NCBI GenBank assembly: GCA_035487015.1
Contig: DATHMP010000008.1
Location: 37,121 to 101,120, forward strand
Reading direction: 5' to 3'
Length of the DNA: 64,000 nucleotides
Origin: Terracidiphilus sp.
Lineage (GTDB): Bacteria; Acidobacteriota; Terriglobia; Terriglobales; Acidobacteriaceae
Shown: positions 29,550-41,360 of the stretch, piece after piece
How the letters are laid out: the number at the start of each line of letters is the position of its first letter
How positions within the stretch are numbered: the stretch's first letter is position 1
The notes under the pieces: generated by a model
The model's input: only the letters and a program-made list of their open reading frames with translations
The model's database searches: none
Told to the model about the DNA's origin: nothing
Translations under genes and position numbers: made by a program

Positions 29550-29661
29550 GTGATTCAGTATGTCACGCTTAATTCCACGCCCTTGCCGGTCTCAGATGTC
29601 CGCGCGGCACCCTTCCCGATTCTTGCAAGGCCCTTCCCATAGAACTCCGAGTGGTATATCA

Positions 29662-29687
29662 TCCCTTCCAATAGATGTTCGAGGGGA
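29662..29687. promoter_or_regulatory. Imperfect inverted repeat, putative PadR autoregulatory operator
   Basis: TCCCTTCCAA-6-TTCGAGGGGA (8/10 match) between a TG-extended TATATC box and the padR start. Confidence 0.45.
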
Positions 29688-29694
29688 GAGATTC

Positions 29695-30048
29695 ATGGGC
29701 AAAAAGCCCCAGTCCCAGAGCGAGATGCTGAAGGGGACGCTGGACATGATGATTCTGCGAACGCTGCTCGGCGGCGATGCGCACGGACATACGATCGCGA
29801 AAGTCATTGAACACACCTCAGAAGACCTTCTTGAAGTGGAGCAGGGCTCACTCTATCCGGCACTCCACCGGCTCGAGGACCGCAGGTGGGTCTCTTCCTA
29901 CTGGGGCGTGAGCGAAAACAATCGCAAGGCAAAGTTCTACCTGTTGACGGCAGAAGGACGGAAGCAGCTGGTGCGCGAGACCAGCCGCTGGCGGCGAATG
30001 ACACGCGCGATCGGACTGGTGATGGGCGAAGAAGGAGGCGCGCAATGA
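29695..30048 (+). CDS. PadR-family transcriptional regulator
   Basis: LKGTLDMMIL, HGHTIA, EQGSLYPALHRLE, SENNRKAKFY. Confidence 0.93.
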   Translation: MGKKPQSQSEMLKGTLDMMILRTLLGGDAHGHTIAKVIEHTSEDLLEVEQGSLYPALHRLEDRRWVSSYWGVSENNRKAKFYLLTAEGRKQLVRETSRWRRMTRAIGLVMGEEGGAQ

Positions 30049-32723
30049 GCTGGCTGAGGTTTTTTCGCCGCAAGCGCTCTGACGCGGAATTGCAGCACGA
30101 GATGGACACTTTTTTGGCAGAAGAGACCGCGGACAACGAGGCGCGCGGTATGTCGCCCGAAGAGGCTCGACGCCAGGCGCGTGTCAAGTTGGGCAACTCG
30201 CAAACGGTCCGCGAATCGCTGTGGACCCAGAACTCCCTTCTGCCGCTCACGCACCTGGGCCGCGACTTGAAATATGCATTTCGTACTTTGCGCCGCACCC
30301 CGGGATTCTCCATCATCGCGGTCGTCGTGATGGCGCTGTGCATTGGCGCGGCCACATCCCTGCTCACAATCGTGCGTTCGGTTTTGCTGAGACCTCTTCC
30401 ATTTCGCGATCCCGGACGCCTCGTGATGCTCTACGAGCACCATCGAGAGCCGAACATTTCGGAATCCGCCGTAGCCCAGGGAGGTGCGCGCGGCGAAGCC
30501 ACGTACAACCCGGTAGCGCCCGCGGACTTTTACGACTGGCGCTCAAAGACCCACGGTTTCGAGGACATGGCAATCATGCGCTCCGGCGGCTATAACCTCA
30601 CCGGCGAACGGGGTGAACTACCCGAGGCGGTCCACGCAGTTGCGGCCTCTTGGAATCTGTTTCAAATCCTGGGAGTGCAGCCCGCATTCGGGCGAACCTT
30701 TACTGCGTCAGAAGATCAGCCCGGCAGCGCAGTGGTCCTGCTCACGTGGAGCGTGTTTCAGCGGCGCTTTGCCGGGGATGCGACGATTGTTGGCCGCCAG
30801 ATTCACCTCGACGGCAGACCTTTCACGGTGGTGGGCGTCCTGCCATCCTGGTTCTCCTACCCCGATACCAGAACTCTGTTGTGGGTTCCGTTCAAAACGG
30901 ATGCATCGCCGGAACTTCTACAGCATCACGATTGGCACCAGAGCCGAGTGTTGGCGCGGTTGCGCCCCGACGTGAGCCTTGCCAACGCCGTTGCGCAGGT
31001 GGGCGCCGTACAGTACCAGCTTCACCTCCAATACCCGCACGACCCTGTAAACGAAGATGTTGTGCCACGTTCGCTGAATGAGGATCTCGCCGGAAACGTA
31101 AAAAAGCCCCTGACTCTGATGCTGAGCGCCGTAGGCTGCATGCTTCTCATCGGCTGCCTCAACGTCTCCAATCTGCTGGTTGCGCGAGCCGCGGCACGAC
31201 AGAAAGAAGTTGCGGTTCGCAGCGCTCTCGGAGCACAGCGCGCCACTTTGATTCGCGAGCAGTTGGCCGAGAGCGTGCTGCTCTGCGCGGCCGGCGGCTT
31301 GAGCGGCATCCTGCTCTCGATGCTTTCAACGCAGTTCCTCGCGCATGCGTGGAAAGACCTGCCCTCTGCGAAGGAAATCCACATCGATGGAAGTGTGATC
31401 GCGTTCGCTTTTCTGCTCATGTGCGCGGCCGCTCTCATGTCCGGCTTGCTCCCCGCACTGTCAACAACGGGAAAGACAATGCTGAAGGCGCTGCAGACTT
31501 CCTCGCGCACAGGAGCCACCAGTGTTTCGCGCACTGTGCTGCGCAAGTCGCTGCTCACGGCCGAAATTGGAATCACAGTGGTGTTGCTGGTGTCCGCGGG
31601 CCTTCTGCTGAAAAGCTTTCTGCGCCTGCGCTCCGCCGACGTAGGCTCTATTACTGAAAACGTGCTCACCCTGCAGTACGGCCTGCCCGACGAGAAATAT
31701 GACACGCCGGAGAAGATCAACGCGTTCAACGAGGCATTGCTGGAGCGGGTAAGAGCCATCCCCGGGGTGCGCGGCGCCGCCCTGGGAAACACGGTTCCCG
31801 CCGCGGGGTTCTGGGGAGACTTCGTATTCACGGTCAAGGAGCATCCTCCGCTGAAGGCGGGCGCCGAACTGCCCGACGGATTGATGCGCTGGGCCGATCC
31901 AGGCTATTTCAGCGCCCTTGGAATTCCGCTGGTGAGCGGCCGTTTCTTCACGAGCGACGATCGCGTTGCTCATTCCTACAAGGTGATTGTGAGCCGCCAA
32001 CTTGTCCGGCAGTACTTTCCAGAGGACAATCCCATCGGCAAGCACCTGCACGTCCCGGCACATGAACAAAAGGGAGCACCCGGCCTCGTCGACTACGAAA
32101 TCGTCGGCGTCGTTGGCGACACTCTGTACCAGGTCGGTCAAGAGGCGAAGCCGGCTCTGTACTTCCCGTTCCTTGAAGGAATCTCCGGTGGCACGCTCGC
32201 GGTCCATACAGCGACGGATCCGCTGCAGTTTTCCGTGCCGGTGCAAAAGCAGATTGCTTCTCTCGATCCCACGCTCCCCGTCTCCGACGTGCTCACCATG
32301 GATGAGGTGATCGGCGAGTCCCTTGTAAATGCCCGTCTCAGCGCGAGTATTGTTCTGGCTTTTGCGGTCTTGTCGCTTCTCCTTGCTTCGGTCGGCCTGT
32401 ACGGCGTTCTGTCGTACCTGACCACGCAGAGGACTTCAGAACTGGGAATCCGCATGGCGCTCGGCGCACAGCGCGATCAACTCTTGCGCTTGACGCTGAT
32501 CGATGGCCTCCGGCCGGCGCTGCTCGGGCTCGGGTTGGGGCTCGTGGCGAGCTTCGCGGCCACGCGCATCTTTCAATCGATGCTTTTTGGGACGAAGCCG
32601 CTCGATCCCCTTGTCTTGTCAGGCGTGATCGCCACATTGCTGGCTGTCGCAGTCCTGGCTTGTCTGGCGCCTGCTTGGCGCGCTTCCCGGTTGGATCCTA
32701 TGCAGGCGCTCCGAACGGAATAA
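30045..32723 (+). CDS. Duplicated MacB/FtsX-type ABC permease without ATPase (acidobacterial ADOP-like)
   Basis: Prefix domain, DLKYAFRTLRRTPGF, LLIGCLNVSNLL...EVAVRSALGA, second GLYGVLSY...ELGIRMALGA, RASRLDPMQALRTE; ATGA overlap with padR. Confidence 0.92.
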   Translation: MSWLRFFRRKRSDAELQHEMDTFLAEETADNEARGMSPEEARRQARVKLGNSQTVRESLWTQNSLLPLTHLGRDLKYAFRTLRRTPGFSIIAVVVMALCIGAATSLLTIVRSVLLRPLPFRDPGRLVMLYEHHREPNISESAVAQGGARGEATYNPVAPADFYDWRSKTHGFEDMAIMRSGGYNLTGERGELPEAVHAVAASWNLFQILGVQPAFGRTFTASEDQPGSAVVLLTWSVFQRRFAGDATIVGRQIHLDGRPFTVVGVLPSWFSYPDTRTLLWVPFKTDASPELLQHHDWHQSRVLARLRPDVSLANAVAQVGAVQYQLHLQYPHDPVNEDVVPRSLNEDLAGNVKKPLTLMLSAVGCMLLIGCLNVSNLLVARAAARQKEVAVRSALGAQRATLIREQLAESVLLCAAGGLSGILLSMLSTQFLAHAWKDLPSAKEIHIDGSVIAFAFLLMCAAALMSGLLPALSTTGKTMLKALQTSSRTGATSVSRTVLRKSLLTAEIGITVVLLVSAGLLLKSFLRLRSADVGSITENVLTLQYGLPDEKYDTPEKINAFNEALLERVRAIPGVRGAALGNTVPAAGFWGDFVFTVKEHPPLKAGAELPDGLMRWADPGYFSALGIPLVSGRFFTSDDRVAHSYKVIVSRQLVRQYFPEDNPIGKHLHVPAHEQKGAPGLVDYEIVGVVGDTLYQVGQEAKPALYFPFLEGISGGTLAVHTATDPLQFSVPVQKQIASLDPTLPVSDVLTMDEVIGESLVNARLSASIVLAFAVLSLLLASVGLYGVLSYLTTQRTSELGIRMALGAQRDQLLRLTLIDGLRPALLGLGLGLVASFAATRIFQSMLFGTKPLDPLVLSGVIATLLAVAVLACLAPAWRASRLDPMQALRTE

Positions 32724-32783
32724 GCCTCAGGCGGACCGCAGGCGAGCGGAAGATATCAACATTCCACGGATCGGGTCGCGCGA

Positions 32784-35348
32784 TCAGTAGGTCACGTGGA
32801 GTTCCACACCATTGCCGCTGTCAGGGATCAGGGCGGTGATGCGGTGATGTTCGGCGTCGAATCCCGCCGTAATTTGCGACGCACGAGAGCCGTCAATGCC
32901 GGATGCTGAAGCGGCCGATGCTGCGTGATCGGCGCCGTAGACTTCAATTGAGAGTTGACTCCACCAGGGCGCGAAGTTGCCTTCGTGCGGTTTGACCGTG
33001 ACGACGATGCCATCCGCCGTGAGCCGGCAGCTGAAGGCCATGCGCAGCGAGTTGCCATTGCGGAAGTCGAAGCTGACACCGTCGTCGAGGTAAAGGTTGC
33101 CGCCACAGTCACTGCCCACCGCTGTCGGCGGATACACGCGCAGGGTCAGCGGTCCCTCCGGTTTTTCCTCGGTGCTTTGCACCAGTGGCTGCTCGGGAAC
33201 AATCGATCCGGTGCGTGCAAACACGGGCAAGGTTTCCAGTGTGCGGTGCACTCGCACCTCGGGTTGCGCGATGGGCGCGTTATCGATCCCTTTTCGGCCT
33301 GAATTGCTTTCAATGCGCGTGCCGGTCCAGTAGTCATACCAGCCCACCGGCGGCAGCGCCACAGAGTAGTCGTCGACTTCGTCAGGGAACGGGCTCTGTG
33401 CAATGAGCAGGTCCCGGCCGAGAAGGAACGAGCCGCTGTCGCTCAAATCAAGCGGCTGACCGTCGACAGCGCCGTTGGGAAATTCCAGGAACAGCGGACG
33501 ATCGAGCGGAAGTCCGGTGCGGCTCATCTCATCCGCAGCAGTATAGATGTACGGGAGCAGACGATAACGCTCTTCGATGTAGCGGCGGCGCAGATTCACA
33601 TCTTCTGCCGAGCCGTTCTCCCACGGTTCCTGGGGGTTGGTGCCGCTCGAGGTATGGTCGCGATCGATGGGCTGGAACGCGGCAACTTCGAGCCAGCGCG
33701 TGAGCAATTCGGGCTGCGGGGATGCGGCGAATCCCCCCACATCGGCGCCCGCCATGGCAAAGCCGCTCAGGCCCAGATTGAGAAGCTGCGGAACAGTCTG
33801 TCGAAGATGATTCCAGTTGCTGGAGTTGTCGCCGGTCCAGGTCACGGCGTACCGCTGGCCGCCGGCATAGCTTGCCCGCGTCATCACAAACGGACGTAGA
33901 TTGGGCTCGAGCTTGAGCAACCCGTCGTGCGTGCCTCGCGAGTTCTGCATGCCAAAGATATTGTGGATTTCGAGATGCGTCGCTGTGCGGCTGGCAAAGC
34001 CGGGCTCGTCAATACGGTGAACGGTGTCGTCCGGCATGGTCTTCGACGAGACGAGGAAGATTGCCGGCTCGTTCATGTCGTTCCAGAAACCGGCGACGCC
34101 TTTCTTCTCGAAGTCGGCGTAGAGTGTGCCCCACCAGTCGCGCGCTGCCTTCTGCGTAAAGTCAGGGAACACGGCTTTGCCCGGCCACACATCGCCCACG
34201 TACGTCGAACCGTCGGGATTCTTGACGAAATGGTCGCCGGCAGCGCCTTCGTCATAAGGCTTGTAACCGGCGTTGGGCAGATCGGCGATGTGCAGATCCG
34301 TGATGACAACCGTGCGCAAATGCTCGGCCCTCAAATCCTTGATCATCTGGTCGAAGTGCGGAAATCGCTCAGGATCGACGGTAAAAGGACGATTCTTGAG
34401 CTGGTAGTCGATATCCAGCCAGATCACGTCGGAAGGGATGCGTTCGCTGCGCAGGCGCGCGGCGATGCGGCGCACTTCCGACTCAGGGTAGTAGCTGTAG
34501 CGAGACTGCTGATAACCAAGCGACCACAGCGGCGGCAACGGCGTGAGGCCGGTGAGCCACGCCCAGGTCTCGACGACGGTCTTCGGATCGGGACCGTAAA
34601 AGAAGTAGCAATCGAGCGGACCGCCCTCTGAGCCGAAGGAATAGCCGTCGCGATACTCCTTGTTGAAGTCGAAGCTCGCGCGCCAGGTGTTATCCAGGAA
34701 CAGGCCCGCGGTCACTCCCTTGTGAAACGTCATAAAGTAAGGAATCGACTTGTAAATTGGATCAGTTGATTCCTGCCAGCCAAAAGCGTCGGTGTTCCAG
34801 TCGGTGAAGGCTTCGTTGCGCCGGTCGAGCGGACCCGGCTTGTCGCCCAGGCCAAAATAGTGCTCGTCTTCGGGCGACTTCATATACATGCGGAACGAGG
34901 AGCCGTTGTATTCGATAGGACGGCCAGGAAGTTGCGCGAATAGAACGTGACCTTCGTTGTCGCGGATAGTGATTTCCAGAGGATCCTTCTCCACGGCGAC
35001 GTGAAGCTTAGCTGTCTTGAAGCCGATCGAGCTTGAAGAATCTTCCGCCGCCACTGCAACGCTGGCAGTGCGAGCTTCGGGTAGCACGGCCCAGGAGGCG
35101 TCCTCCGGCAATTGACCGGCGGGCCCCACACGCATCCGGACAACGTCGTCGCGCAGAGTCGCGATCAACACGACGGCCGAGCCGGCGCGGATCTCGATGC
35201 CATTGGCGGTTGCCCGGGAAGCGGTGACCCGGTCCAGCCGGACGAACCCCTGCTTCTGCGGGGACTCTCCGGTTGCATTCGCTTGTGACGTTGCGGCGGA
35301 AAACAAAACAACAAGAACAACAAACAGGAAAAACCCTGTCTTTCGCAC
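32784..35348 (-). CDS. Glycoside hydrolase family 31 (alpha-glucosidase-like), exported
   Basis: Signal peptide; WLDIDY, WNDMNEP nucleophile, WTGDN, GADVGGF. Confidence 0.93.
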   Translation of the reverse strand: MRKTGFFLFVVLVVLFSAATSQANATGESPQKQGFVRLDRVTASRATANGIEIRAGSAVVLIATLRDDVVRMRVGPAGQLPEDASWAVLPEARTASVAVAAEDSSSSIGFKTAKLHVAVEKDPLEITIRDNEGHVLFAQLPGRPIEYNGSSFRMYMKSPEDEHYFGLGDKPGPLDRRNEAFTDWNTDAFGWQESTDPIYKSIPYFMTFHKGVTAGLFLDNTWRASFDFNKEYRDGYSFGSEGGPLDCYFFYGPDPKTVVETWAWLTGLTPLPPLWSLGYQQSRYSYYPESEVRRIAARLRSERIPSDVIWLDIDYQLKNRPFTVDPERFPHFDQMIKDLRAEHLRTVVITDLHIADLPNAGYKPYDEGAAGDHFVKNPDGSTYVGDVWPGKAVFPDFTQKAARDWWGTLYADFEKKGVAGFWNDMNEPAIFLVSSKTMPDDTVHRIDEPGFASRTATHLEIHNIFGMQNSRGTHDGLLKLEPNLRPFVMTRASYAGGQRYAVTWTGDNSSNWNHLRQTVPQLLNLGLSGFAMAGADVGGFAASPQPELLTRWLEVAAFQPIDRDHTSSGTNPQEPWENGSAEDVNLRRRYIEERYRLLPYIYTAADEMSRTGLPLDRPLFLEFPNGAVDGQPLDLSDSGSFLLGRDLLIAQSPFPDEVDDYSVALPPVGWYDYWTGTRIESNSGRKGIDNAPIAQPEVRVHRTLETLPVFARTGSIVPEQPLVQSTEEKPEGPLTLRVYPPTAVGSDCGGNLYLDDGVSFDFRNGNSLRMAFSCRLTADGIVVTVKPHEGNFAPWWSQLSIEVYGADHAASAASASGIDGSRASQITAGFDAEHHRITALIPDSGNGVELHVTY

Positions 35349-35837
35349 TCAGCACCTCAAGGGAGCCAAATCTTTTCTTGCAGAGAAGAATAATCCCCGT
35401 GAGGGTGCGATGGGAACGGACTGTCGCACAATTCTCATTCTGCTGCAGTGCTGTCTGCGGTTCAGACAGCGCAACTCCGACGGGCCTACGCTATTCGGTA
35501 AATAAAAAAACTACCGGCAAATTTGTTGATCAAATTGAGCCGCCGAAGGGAATTGTTCCTCACGTACTCTTTCGAGTTACCACCGGGTTCCCGGTTCTGC
35601 CACAAAAGTTTTTGTCAATGAATTGTCGCTAATTGACGCACTTTCGCTCCGGTTGTTTCCTACAAGTACTGATCAAAAATGTCGTACGGGGAAAGCAAGC
35701 AGTCAAAACTTTTCCCGAGTTGTCTCGGGTCCTTGCGCCGATGGGTTGGAGTCGACGGGCATGCGTTGCTTTCATCGCAGCCTTTCATCCCAGTGGTTCC
35801 CGCCGCGCGTTTGTCGTAATCCGCCTTCGTGCAGGCG

Positions 35838-36632
35838 ATGTTGCCTGCACGGGGCCTTGTTTCCAGCTACCTTGGAGCGTTGCTCTTGAAACGCTGCATC
35901 GATGTTCTGTTTGCCTTTTGCCTTCTCTCCCTCTTGTCGCCACTCCTTCTGTGCTGTGCGGTGCTCATCAAGCTCGATTCGGAGGGACCGGTCCTGTTCC
36001 GCCAAAGACGGATGGGCCGGGACTTCCGGATTTTTCATTTACTCAAGCTGAGAACCATGGATACCCACCGGCCGGGAACGGCAATCACTTTAGGAGCCGA
36101 TCCGCGCATCACGCGCGTTGGGCGCTTTCTACGCAAGTACAAAGTGGATGAGTTGCCCCAGCTCTGGAATATCCTGCGCGGCGAAATGAGCCTGGTTGGC
36201 CCGCGGCCAGTGATCCCCGAGCTGACCCGCGAGTTTCGCGCCCAGTACCAGCGGCTGCTCACCGTACGCCCAGGTCTAACCGATCCCGCCGCCCTGAAGT
36301 ACTACCGGGAGTGCGAGATCCTTGCGGTCTCCGCCAATCCCATGCACCATTTCAAAACCGTGGTCACTCCCGACAAATTGAAGCTGTCCGAGGGGTATCT
36401 GCAACAGGCCACAATCTGGAGAGACCTGCGGGTCATGGCACAGACGGCGAAAGCCATCATTCCACATCTTTCGATCCAGATTGTTGTTAAGAATTGCGAC
36501 GTCCCTGAGAGCACCTGGCGGCCCTATGCCGAGGGACAACGGCGAGCGCTTGCGCGCGAAACGCAGGGTCGAACCGCTGGCGCCATGGCTCTGAATGCCG
36601 GTGCCGGGATAAAAAGTGCGCTGGGAGACTGA
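35838..36632 (+). CDS. Bacterial sugar transferase (monotopic phosphoglycosyl transferase)
   Basis: [59 protein letters not shown]; start uncertain. Confidence 0.9.
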   Translation: MLPARGLVSSYLGALLLKRCIDVLFAFCLLSLLSPLLLCCAVLIKLDSEGPVLFRQRRMGRDFRIFHLLKLRTMDTHRPGTAITLGADPRITRVGRFLRKYKVDELPQLWNILRGEMSLVGPRPVIPELTREFRAQYQRLLTVRPGLTDPAALKYYRECEILAVSANPMHHFKTVVTPDKLKLSEGYLQQATIWRDLRVMAQTAKAIIPHLSIQIVVKNCDVPESTWRPYAEGQRRALARETQGRTAGAMALNAGAGIKSALGD

Positions 36633-36684
36633 ACTCCCGCGGAGATCAATCCGCGGTCAGTCTGGCGGCCCGCGCGGTCGACAG

Positions 36685-38175
36685 TCAGCTTTGAATGGCC
36701 GCAGCGCGTTTGCGCGTTTCAGCCACAAACGCTTCGTCTTCCCGGTTCTCCGCCTTGATGGCGTCGAGATTGATGGTGACGTTGGCCTGCGCGCCCGTGA
36801 TGGCTGCGCCGGCAAGGGCAATGGCCGTCGTCAGGTCTGAGCTCATGTTGGGATTGGTGATGGGCTTCAGCTCCGTCGCGATGCGTGCGATCTCCGCGGC
36901 ACGCTCCGCGACGACCAGCGGCACTTCTATCGCCTCGCGCAGTGCGGCGTTGATCAGTTTGCCGCCGTCGGCCGACTCCTTTGCCGCGCGATATGCCTTC
37001 ATCACGGTGTTATACGATTCGGCGTCGGCATCAATCGCGGCTTTGAGTTCTTCGCGTAACGGCGCGAGTCGGGCAAGAGCCGCGCTGAGCTGCGTCTCGT
37101 GATGCAGGTAGGCCTTCTTCCCCCGCGACATCGAAGCCACCATCGCGGCCAGGCCCGCAGCCATGGCGCCGCTCGCAGCGGCAGCACTGCCTCCGCCTGG
37201 AGTTGCCGTGGGCGCGGCGAGTTGCTCGATGAATGGCTCGATTCCGGCGCGCAAACCGCCAATGGCCATCTTGCCGCTCATCACGCCCGCAAGGCGGTTT
37301 TCCAGAATCAGTGAAGAGTCAAAATTCTCCACCTGTAGAAACCACTCAGCCGCCTGCTCCAATGCGGGTTTCGGAATCAGTCCTACGATCTCGCTGGAGA
37401 CCGGAACCACGCCGTAGCGCTCGGCTTCCCGCTTTACAAATTCAAAGACGCGATGGATGGGCGTCTGTTCAAAGTCGGTCAGGTTCATCGAGACCTGTGC
37501 CATGCCCCGAACCAGAAACCCCGCGCCCTTGACGAAGCGCAGCCCACCCGTGGAAAAGCGCACAGCCTTGGCGATCTTTTTGGCAATGCTCACATCGCCC
37601 GTATTCAGAAACACGTTGTACGCGATCAGCGCCTTGCGCGCCCCCACCACCGTCGCTCCCGCCGTGGGATGAACGCGCGGTTCGCCAAAATCCGGCCTGC
37701 GCGCCGGATGGGTGGCGATTTCATCGCGAATGCCTTCAAACTGGCCACGTCGAATGTTCTCGAGATTTTGACGCTCCGGTGTTGCTGCCGCAGCTTCATA
37801 GAGGTAGACCGGAATTTGAAAGCGCCGGGCGATCTCTGCGCCCACGTGCTTTGCCATGGCCACGCAATCTTCAATCGTCACGCCGTCAATGGGAATGAAG
37901 GGCACGACATCGGCTGCGCCCATGCGCGGATGCGCGCCATGGTGCTGCGTGAGGTCGATGAGCTCGGCAGCCTTGCCCACTCCTAGAATTGCAGCTTCCT
38001 CAATGGCTTCTCTCTCGCCGACCAGCGTGATGACACAGCGATTGTGGTCAGCATCCATCTCGCGATCCAGGAGATAGACGCCGGGAATCTTCATGGCTTC
38101 GACAATCGCGTCGACCTTGGCTTTGTCGCGGCCTTCTGAAAAATTGGGAACGCATTCAACCAGAGTATTGGGCAC
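36685..38175 (-). CDS. ftcD: Glutamate formimidoyltransferase fused to formiminotetrahydrofolate cyclodeaminase
   Basis: [42 protein letters not shown]; C-terminal PGGGSAAA...DAESY...NVTINL. Confidence 0.92.
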   Translation of the reverse strand: MPNTLVECVPNFSEGRDKAKVDAIVEAMKIPGVYLLDREMDADHNRCVITLVGEREAIEEAAILGVGKAAELIDLTQHHGAHPRMGAADVVPFIPIDGVTIEDCVAMAKHVGAEIARRFQIPVYLYEAAAATPERQNLENIRRGQFEGIRDEIATHPARRPDFGEPRVHPTAGATVVGARKALIAYNVFLNTGDVSIAKKIAKAVRFSTGGLRFVKGAGFLVRGMAQVSMNLTDFEQTPIHRVFEFVKREAERYGVVPVSSEIVGLIPKPALEQAAEWFLQVENFDSSLILENRLAGVMSGKMAIGGLRAGIEPFIEQLAAPTATPGGGSAAAASGAMAAGLAAMVASMSRGKKAYLHHETQLSAALARLAPLREELKAAIDADAESYNTVMKAYRAAKESADGGKLINAALREAIEVPLVVAERAAEIARIATELKPITNPNMSSDLTTAIALAGAAITGAQANVTINLDAIKAENREDEAFVAETRKRAAAIQS

Positions 38176-38420
38176 GAAAAGAGCATAGCGAGAGGATGTC
38201 GGGTGGGGCAACCACACATTCCTGCGCGAACTGCGTAAGGCGACGAGCGGGGACGAATCCATGGCAACACAAAATTCTGTGGTGGAATCGCAGTTATCGC
38301 GTCGGTTTCACCGTGGATTTGCAGAAGGAGAAGGACTCCTGCGCGGGTAGTATTCTGAGTAGCAACCGGGGAAATTGTTCGTCGAATTTCCGCTGCGTGC
38401 AGAGCGCCCGAGGAGGGACC

Positions 38421-40085
38421 ATGGCCACCGCGACAGCTCCAACCATCCGCGCACCGCGTGGCACGCAGTTGCGCTGCAAAGGCTGGCAGCAGGAAGCAGC
38501 CCTGCGCTGCCTCATGAACAACCTCGACCCGGAAGTGGCCGAGCGGCCTTCAGACCTCGTGGTATATGGCGGCATTGGCCGCGCCGCGCGGAACTGGGAC
38601 TGCTATCACGCGATTGTGCGCGAGCTGGAACGTCTGGGCAACGAGGAGACTCTCCTGGTCCAGTCCGGCAAGCCGGTCGGCGTCTTTCCCACCCACGACA
38701 TGGCGCCGCGCGTCATCATTGCCAACTCTAACCTGGTAGGGAAGTGGGCAACGTGGGAGCATTTTCAAGAGCTCGACCGCAAGGGGCTCATGATGTACGG
38801 CCAAATGACGGCCGGGAGCTGGATCTATATCGGTACGCAGGGAATTTTGCAGGGTACGTTTCAGACATTCGCCGCATTAGCCGACCAGCACTTTGGCGGG
38901 ACACTGAAGGGCAAGCTGACGGTGACCGGCGGCATGGGCGGCATGGGCGGAGCACAGCCGTTGTCGGTCACCCTGAACGGCGGCGTGGTGCTGGCCATCG
39001 ACGTAGACCGCAGCCGCATCGAACGTCGCGTGGAGACGCGTTACTGCGACCGGCTGTCGGAAAACCTCGACGAGGCTCTCAAGCTGTGCGAAGACGCGCG
39101 TCGCGAAGGCCAGGCCTTGTCTGTCGGACTGGTCGGAAACTGCGCGGATGTGCTGCCGGAACTGGTGCGGCGCGGGGTGCAGGTGGATGTGGTGACCGAC
39201 CAGACCAGCGCGCACGATCCGCTGAACGGCTATGTTCCGCAGGGGCTTTCGACCAGCGAGGCCGCGGATCTGCGCAGGAGCAATCCGGCGGAATATGTGC
39301 GGCGTTCGACGGCATCCATGGTGGTTCATGTGAATGCAATGCTCGCGCTCCAGCGCGCAGGCGCCGTCACCTTCGACTACGGCAACAACATCCGCCGTTT
39401 CGCCTTCGATGCGGGATGCGCTGACGCTTTTTTGATTCCGGGATTCGTGCCGGAGTATATTCGGCCGCTGTTCTGCACTGGAGCGGGGCCGTTTCGGTGG
39501 GTGGCGCTTTCGGGCGATCCCAAAGATATTGACCGCACCGACGAGCTGGCGCTGGAGCTGTTCCCCGAAAACGAAATCTTAACGCGCTGGCTCAAGCTGG
39601 TCCGTGGGCGTTTTGCGTACCAGGGATTGCCGGCACGCATCTGCTGGCTGGGTTACGGCGAGCGTGCGAAGATGGGCCTGGCCATCAACGAGCTGGTGCG
39701 CAAGGGCGAAATCTCTGCGCCGATTGCGATTGGTCGCGATCATCTCGATACCGGTTCGGTGGCGAGCCCTTACCGCGAAACAGAGAAAATGCTGGATGGA
39801 TCCGATGCCGTGGCCGATTGGCCTTTGCTCAACGCGCTGCTCAATACGGCGTCGGGCGCATCGTGGGTCAGCTTCCATCACGGCGGTGGCGTGGGCATGG
39901 GCTTCTCTTTGCACGCGGGCCAGGTGACGGTGGCGGACGGCAGCGAGAATGCCGCGCGGCGCATCGAGCGTGTCCTCAACAACGATCCGGGGATTGGCGT
40001 GGCGCGTCACGCGGACGCCGGCTACGAGCTGGCGCAAAAGACAGCGCGCGAACGTGGCATTCATATTCCCATGGCGGAGCAGTAG
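38421..40085 (+). CDS. hutU: Urocanate hydratase
   Basis: [50 protein letters not shown]. Confidence 0.97.
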   Translation: MATATAPTIRAPRGTQLRCKGWQQEAALRCLMNNLDPEVAERPSDLVVYGGIGRAARNWDCYHAIVRELERLGNEETLLVQSGKPVGVFPTHDMAPRVIIANSNLVGKWATWEHFQELDRKGLMMYGQMTAGSWIYIGTQGILQGTFQTFAALADQHFGGTLKGKLTVTGGMGGMGGAQPLSVTLNGGVVLAIDVDRSRIERRVETRYCDRLSENLDEALKLCEDARREGQALSVGLVGNCADVLPELVRRGVQVDVVTDQTSAHDPLNGYVPQGLSTSEAADLRRSNPAEYVRRSTASMVVHVNAMLALQRAGAVTFDYGNNIRRFAFDAGCADAFLIPGFVPEYIRPLFCTGAGPFRWVALSGDPKDIDRTDELALELFPENEILTRWLKLVRGRFAYQGLPARICWLGYGERAKMGLAINELVRKGEISAPIAIGRDHLDTGSVASPYRETEKMLDGSDAVADWPLLNALLNTASGASWVSFHHGGGVGMGFSLHAGQVTVADGSENAARRIERVLNNDPGIGVARHADAGYELAQKTARERGIHIPMAEQ

Positions 40086-40088
40086 CGA

Positions 40089-41339
40089 ATGAAGGGTTTC
40101 GCAGCAGTCGTCAATATCGGGCAGCTTGTCACCATGGCGGGACCTTCGCGTCCGCGGACCGGCGTCGAATTACGCGAACTGGGTCTCATCGAAGATGCTG
40201 CGATGCTGATCGAAGATGGCCGTGTGGTTGCAGTGGGCCCCTACTCTGAACTGTGTGCCAATATTCCACAAATTGCCGAAGTGATGGATGCCGGCGGCCG
40301 GTGCGTCACTCCCGGATTTGTCGACGCGCATACGCACCTCGTTTTCGCCGGCAATCGCGCCAATGAGTTTGAACAGCGTGTCACAGGAACCTCCTACCAG
40401 GAAATTGCAGCGGCGGGTGGCGGCATTCTGCGCACGGTTGCGCAGACGCGCGCGGCGAGCGGCGACGAACTGCTGATTGCTGCGCGGCGGCATCGCGACT
40501 GGATGCTGCGCACAGGCACCACCACGATTGAAGCCAAGTCCGGCTATGGTCTCGAGCGCGCCACCGAGTTGCGCACCCTGCACGTGCTGGCGCAGCTCAA
40601 AGCCGAGGGACCAACGCGCATCGTGCCTACACTGCTGGCCGCGCACACGGTTCCCCCCGAGTTTGCCGAGCGGCGCAAGGAATACATCATGTGGATCGCC
40701 GAGGATCTGATCCCGGAAGTTGCGCAAGCACAACTGGCCCGCTACTGCGATGCATTCTGCGACGACCATGCCTTCACTCTGGATGAGACGCGCATCGTTT
40801 TAGAGTCGGCGCGGAGGCAGGGCATGCATCTGCGCATTCATGCCGAGCAGTTCCGGCCCGATACGGGCGCATCCCTGGGCGCCGAGTTGCGTGCGACGAC
40901 AGTGGATCATCTGGAGACGGTGACGGAAGAATCGCTGCACCAGTTGCGTGCTGTAGGGGTGCAGCCTGTCATGCTGCCGGCTTCTGTGTTTGCCCTGGGG
41001 CGAACGAAGTATCCTCCTGCGCGCAAGATGGTGGAGCTGGAACTCGGCATCGTGCTGGCGACCGATTTCAACCCGGGCTCGTCGCCGGTGACGTCCATGC
41101 CGTTTGTCATGTCCCTGGCCTGCCTGCAGATGGGGCTCACCCCGGCGGAAGCACTCAGTGCCTCCACCATCAACGCCGCGTGGAGCGTGGAAATGGGCCG
41201 CTGTGCCGGTTCGCTGGAGCCGGGAAAGAACGCAGACTTCCTCATCCACGAGTTCGACGATTACCGCGAGCTGGCTTACTTCATCGCCTCGCCGGCAACA
41301 CCACGCGTCTTCATCTCAGGAACCGAAATCATTCAATAA
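40089..41339 (+). CDS. hutI: Imidazolonepropionase
   Basis: PGFVDAHTHLVFAG, EAKSGYG, HAEQ, DHLE, ATDFNPGSS. Confidence 0.95.
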   Translation: MKGFAAVVNIGQLVTMAGPSRPRTGVELRELGLIEDAAMLIEDGRVVAVGPYSELCANIPQIAEVMDAGGRCVTPGFVDAHTHLVFAGNRANEFEQRVTGTSYQEIAAAGGGILRTVAQTRAASGDELLIAARRHRDWMLRTGTTTIEAKSGYGLERATELRTLHVLAQLKAEGPTRIVPTLLAAHTVPPEFAERRKEYIMWIAEDLIPEVAQAQLARYCDAFCDDHAFTLDETRIVLESARRQGMHLRIHAEQFRPDTGASLGAELRATTVDHLETVTEESLHQLRAVGVQPVMLPASVFALGRTKYPPARKMVELELGIVLATDFNPGSSPVTSMPFVMSLACLQMGLTPAEALSASTINAAWSVEMGRCAGSLEPGKNADFLIHEFDDYRELAYFIASPATPRVFISGTEIIQ

Positions 41340-41360
41340 ACGCGGGCGAGAATTCTGCCT

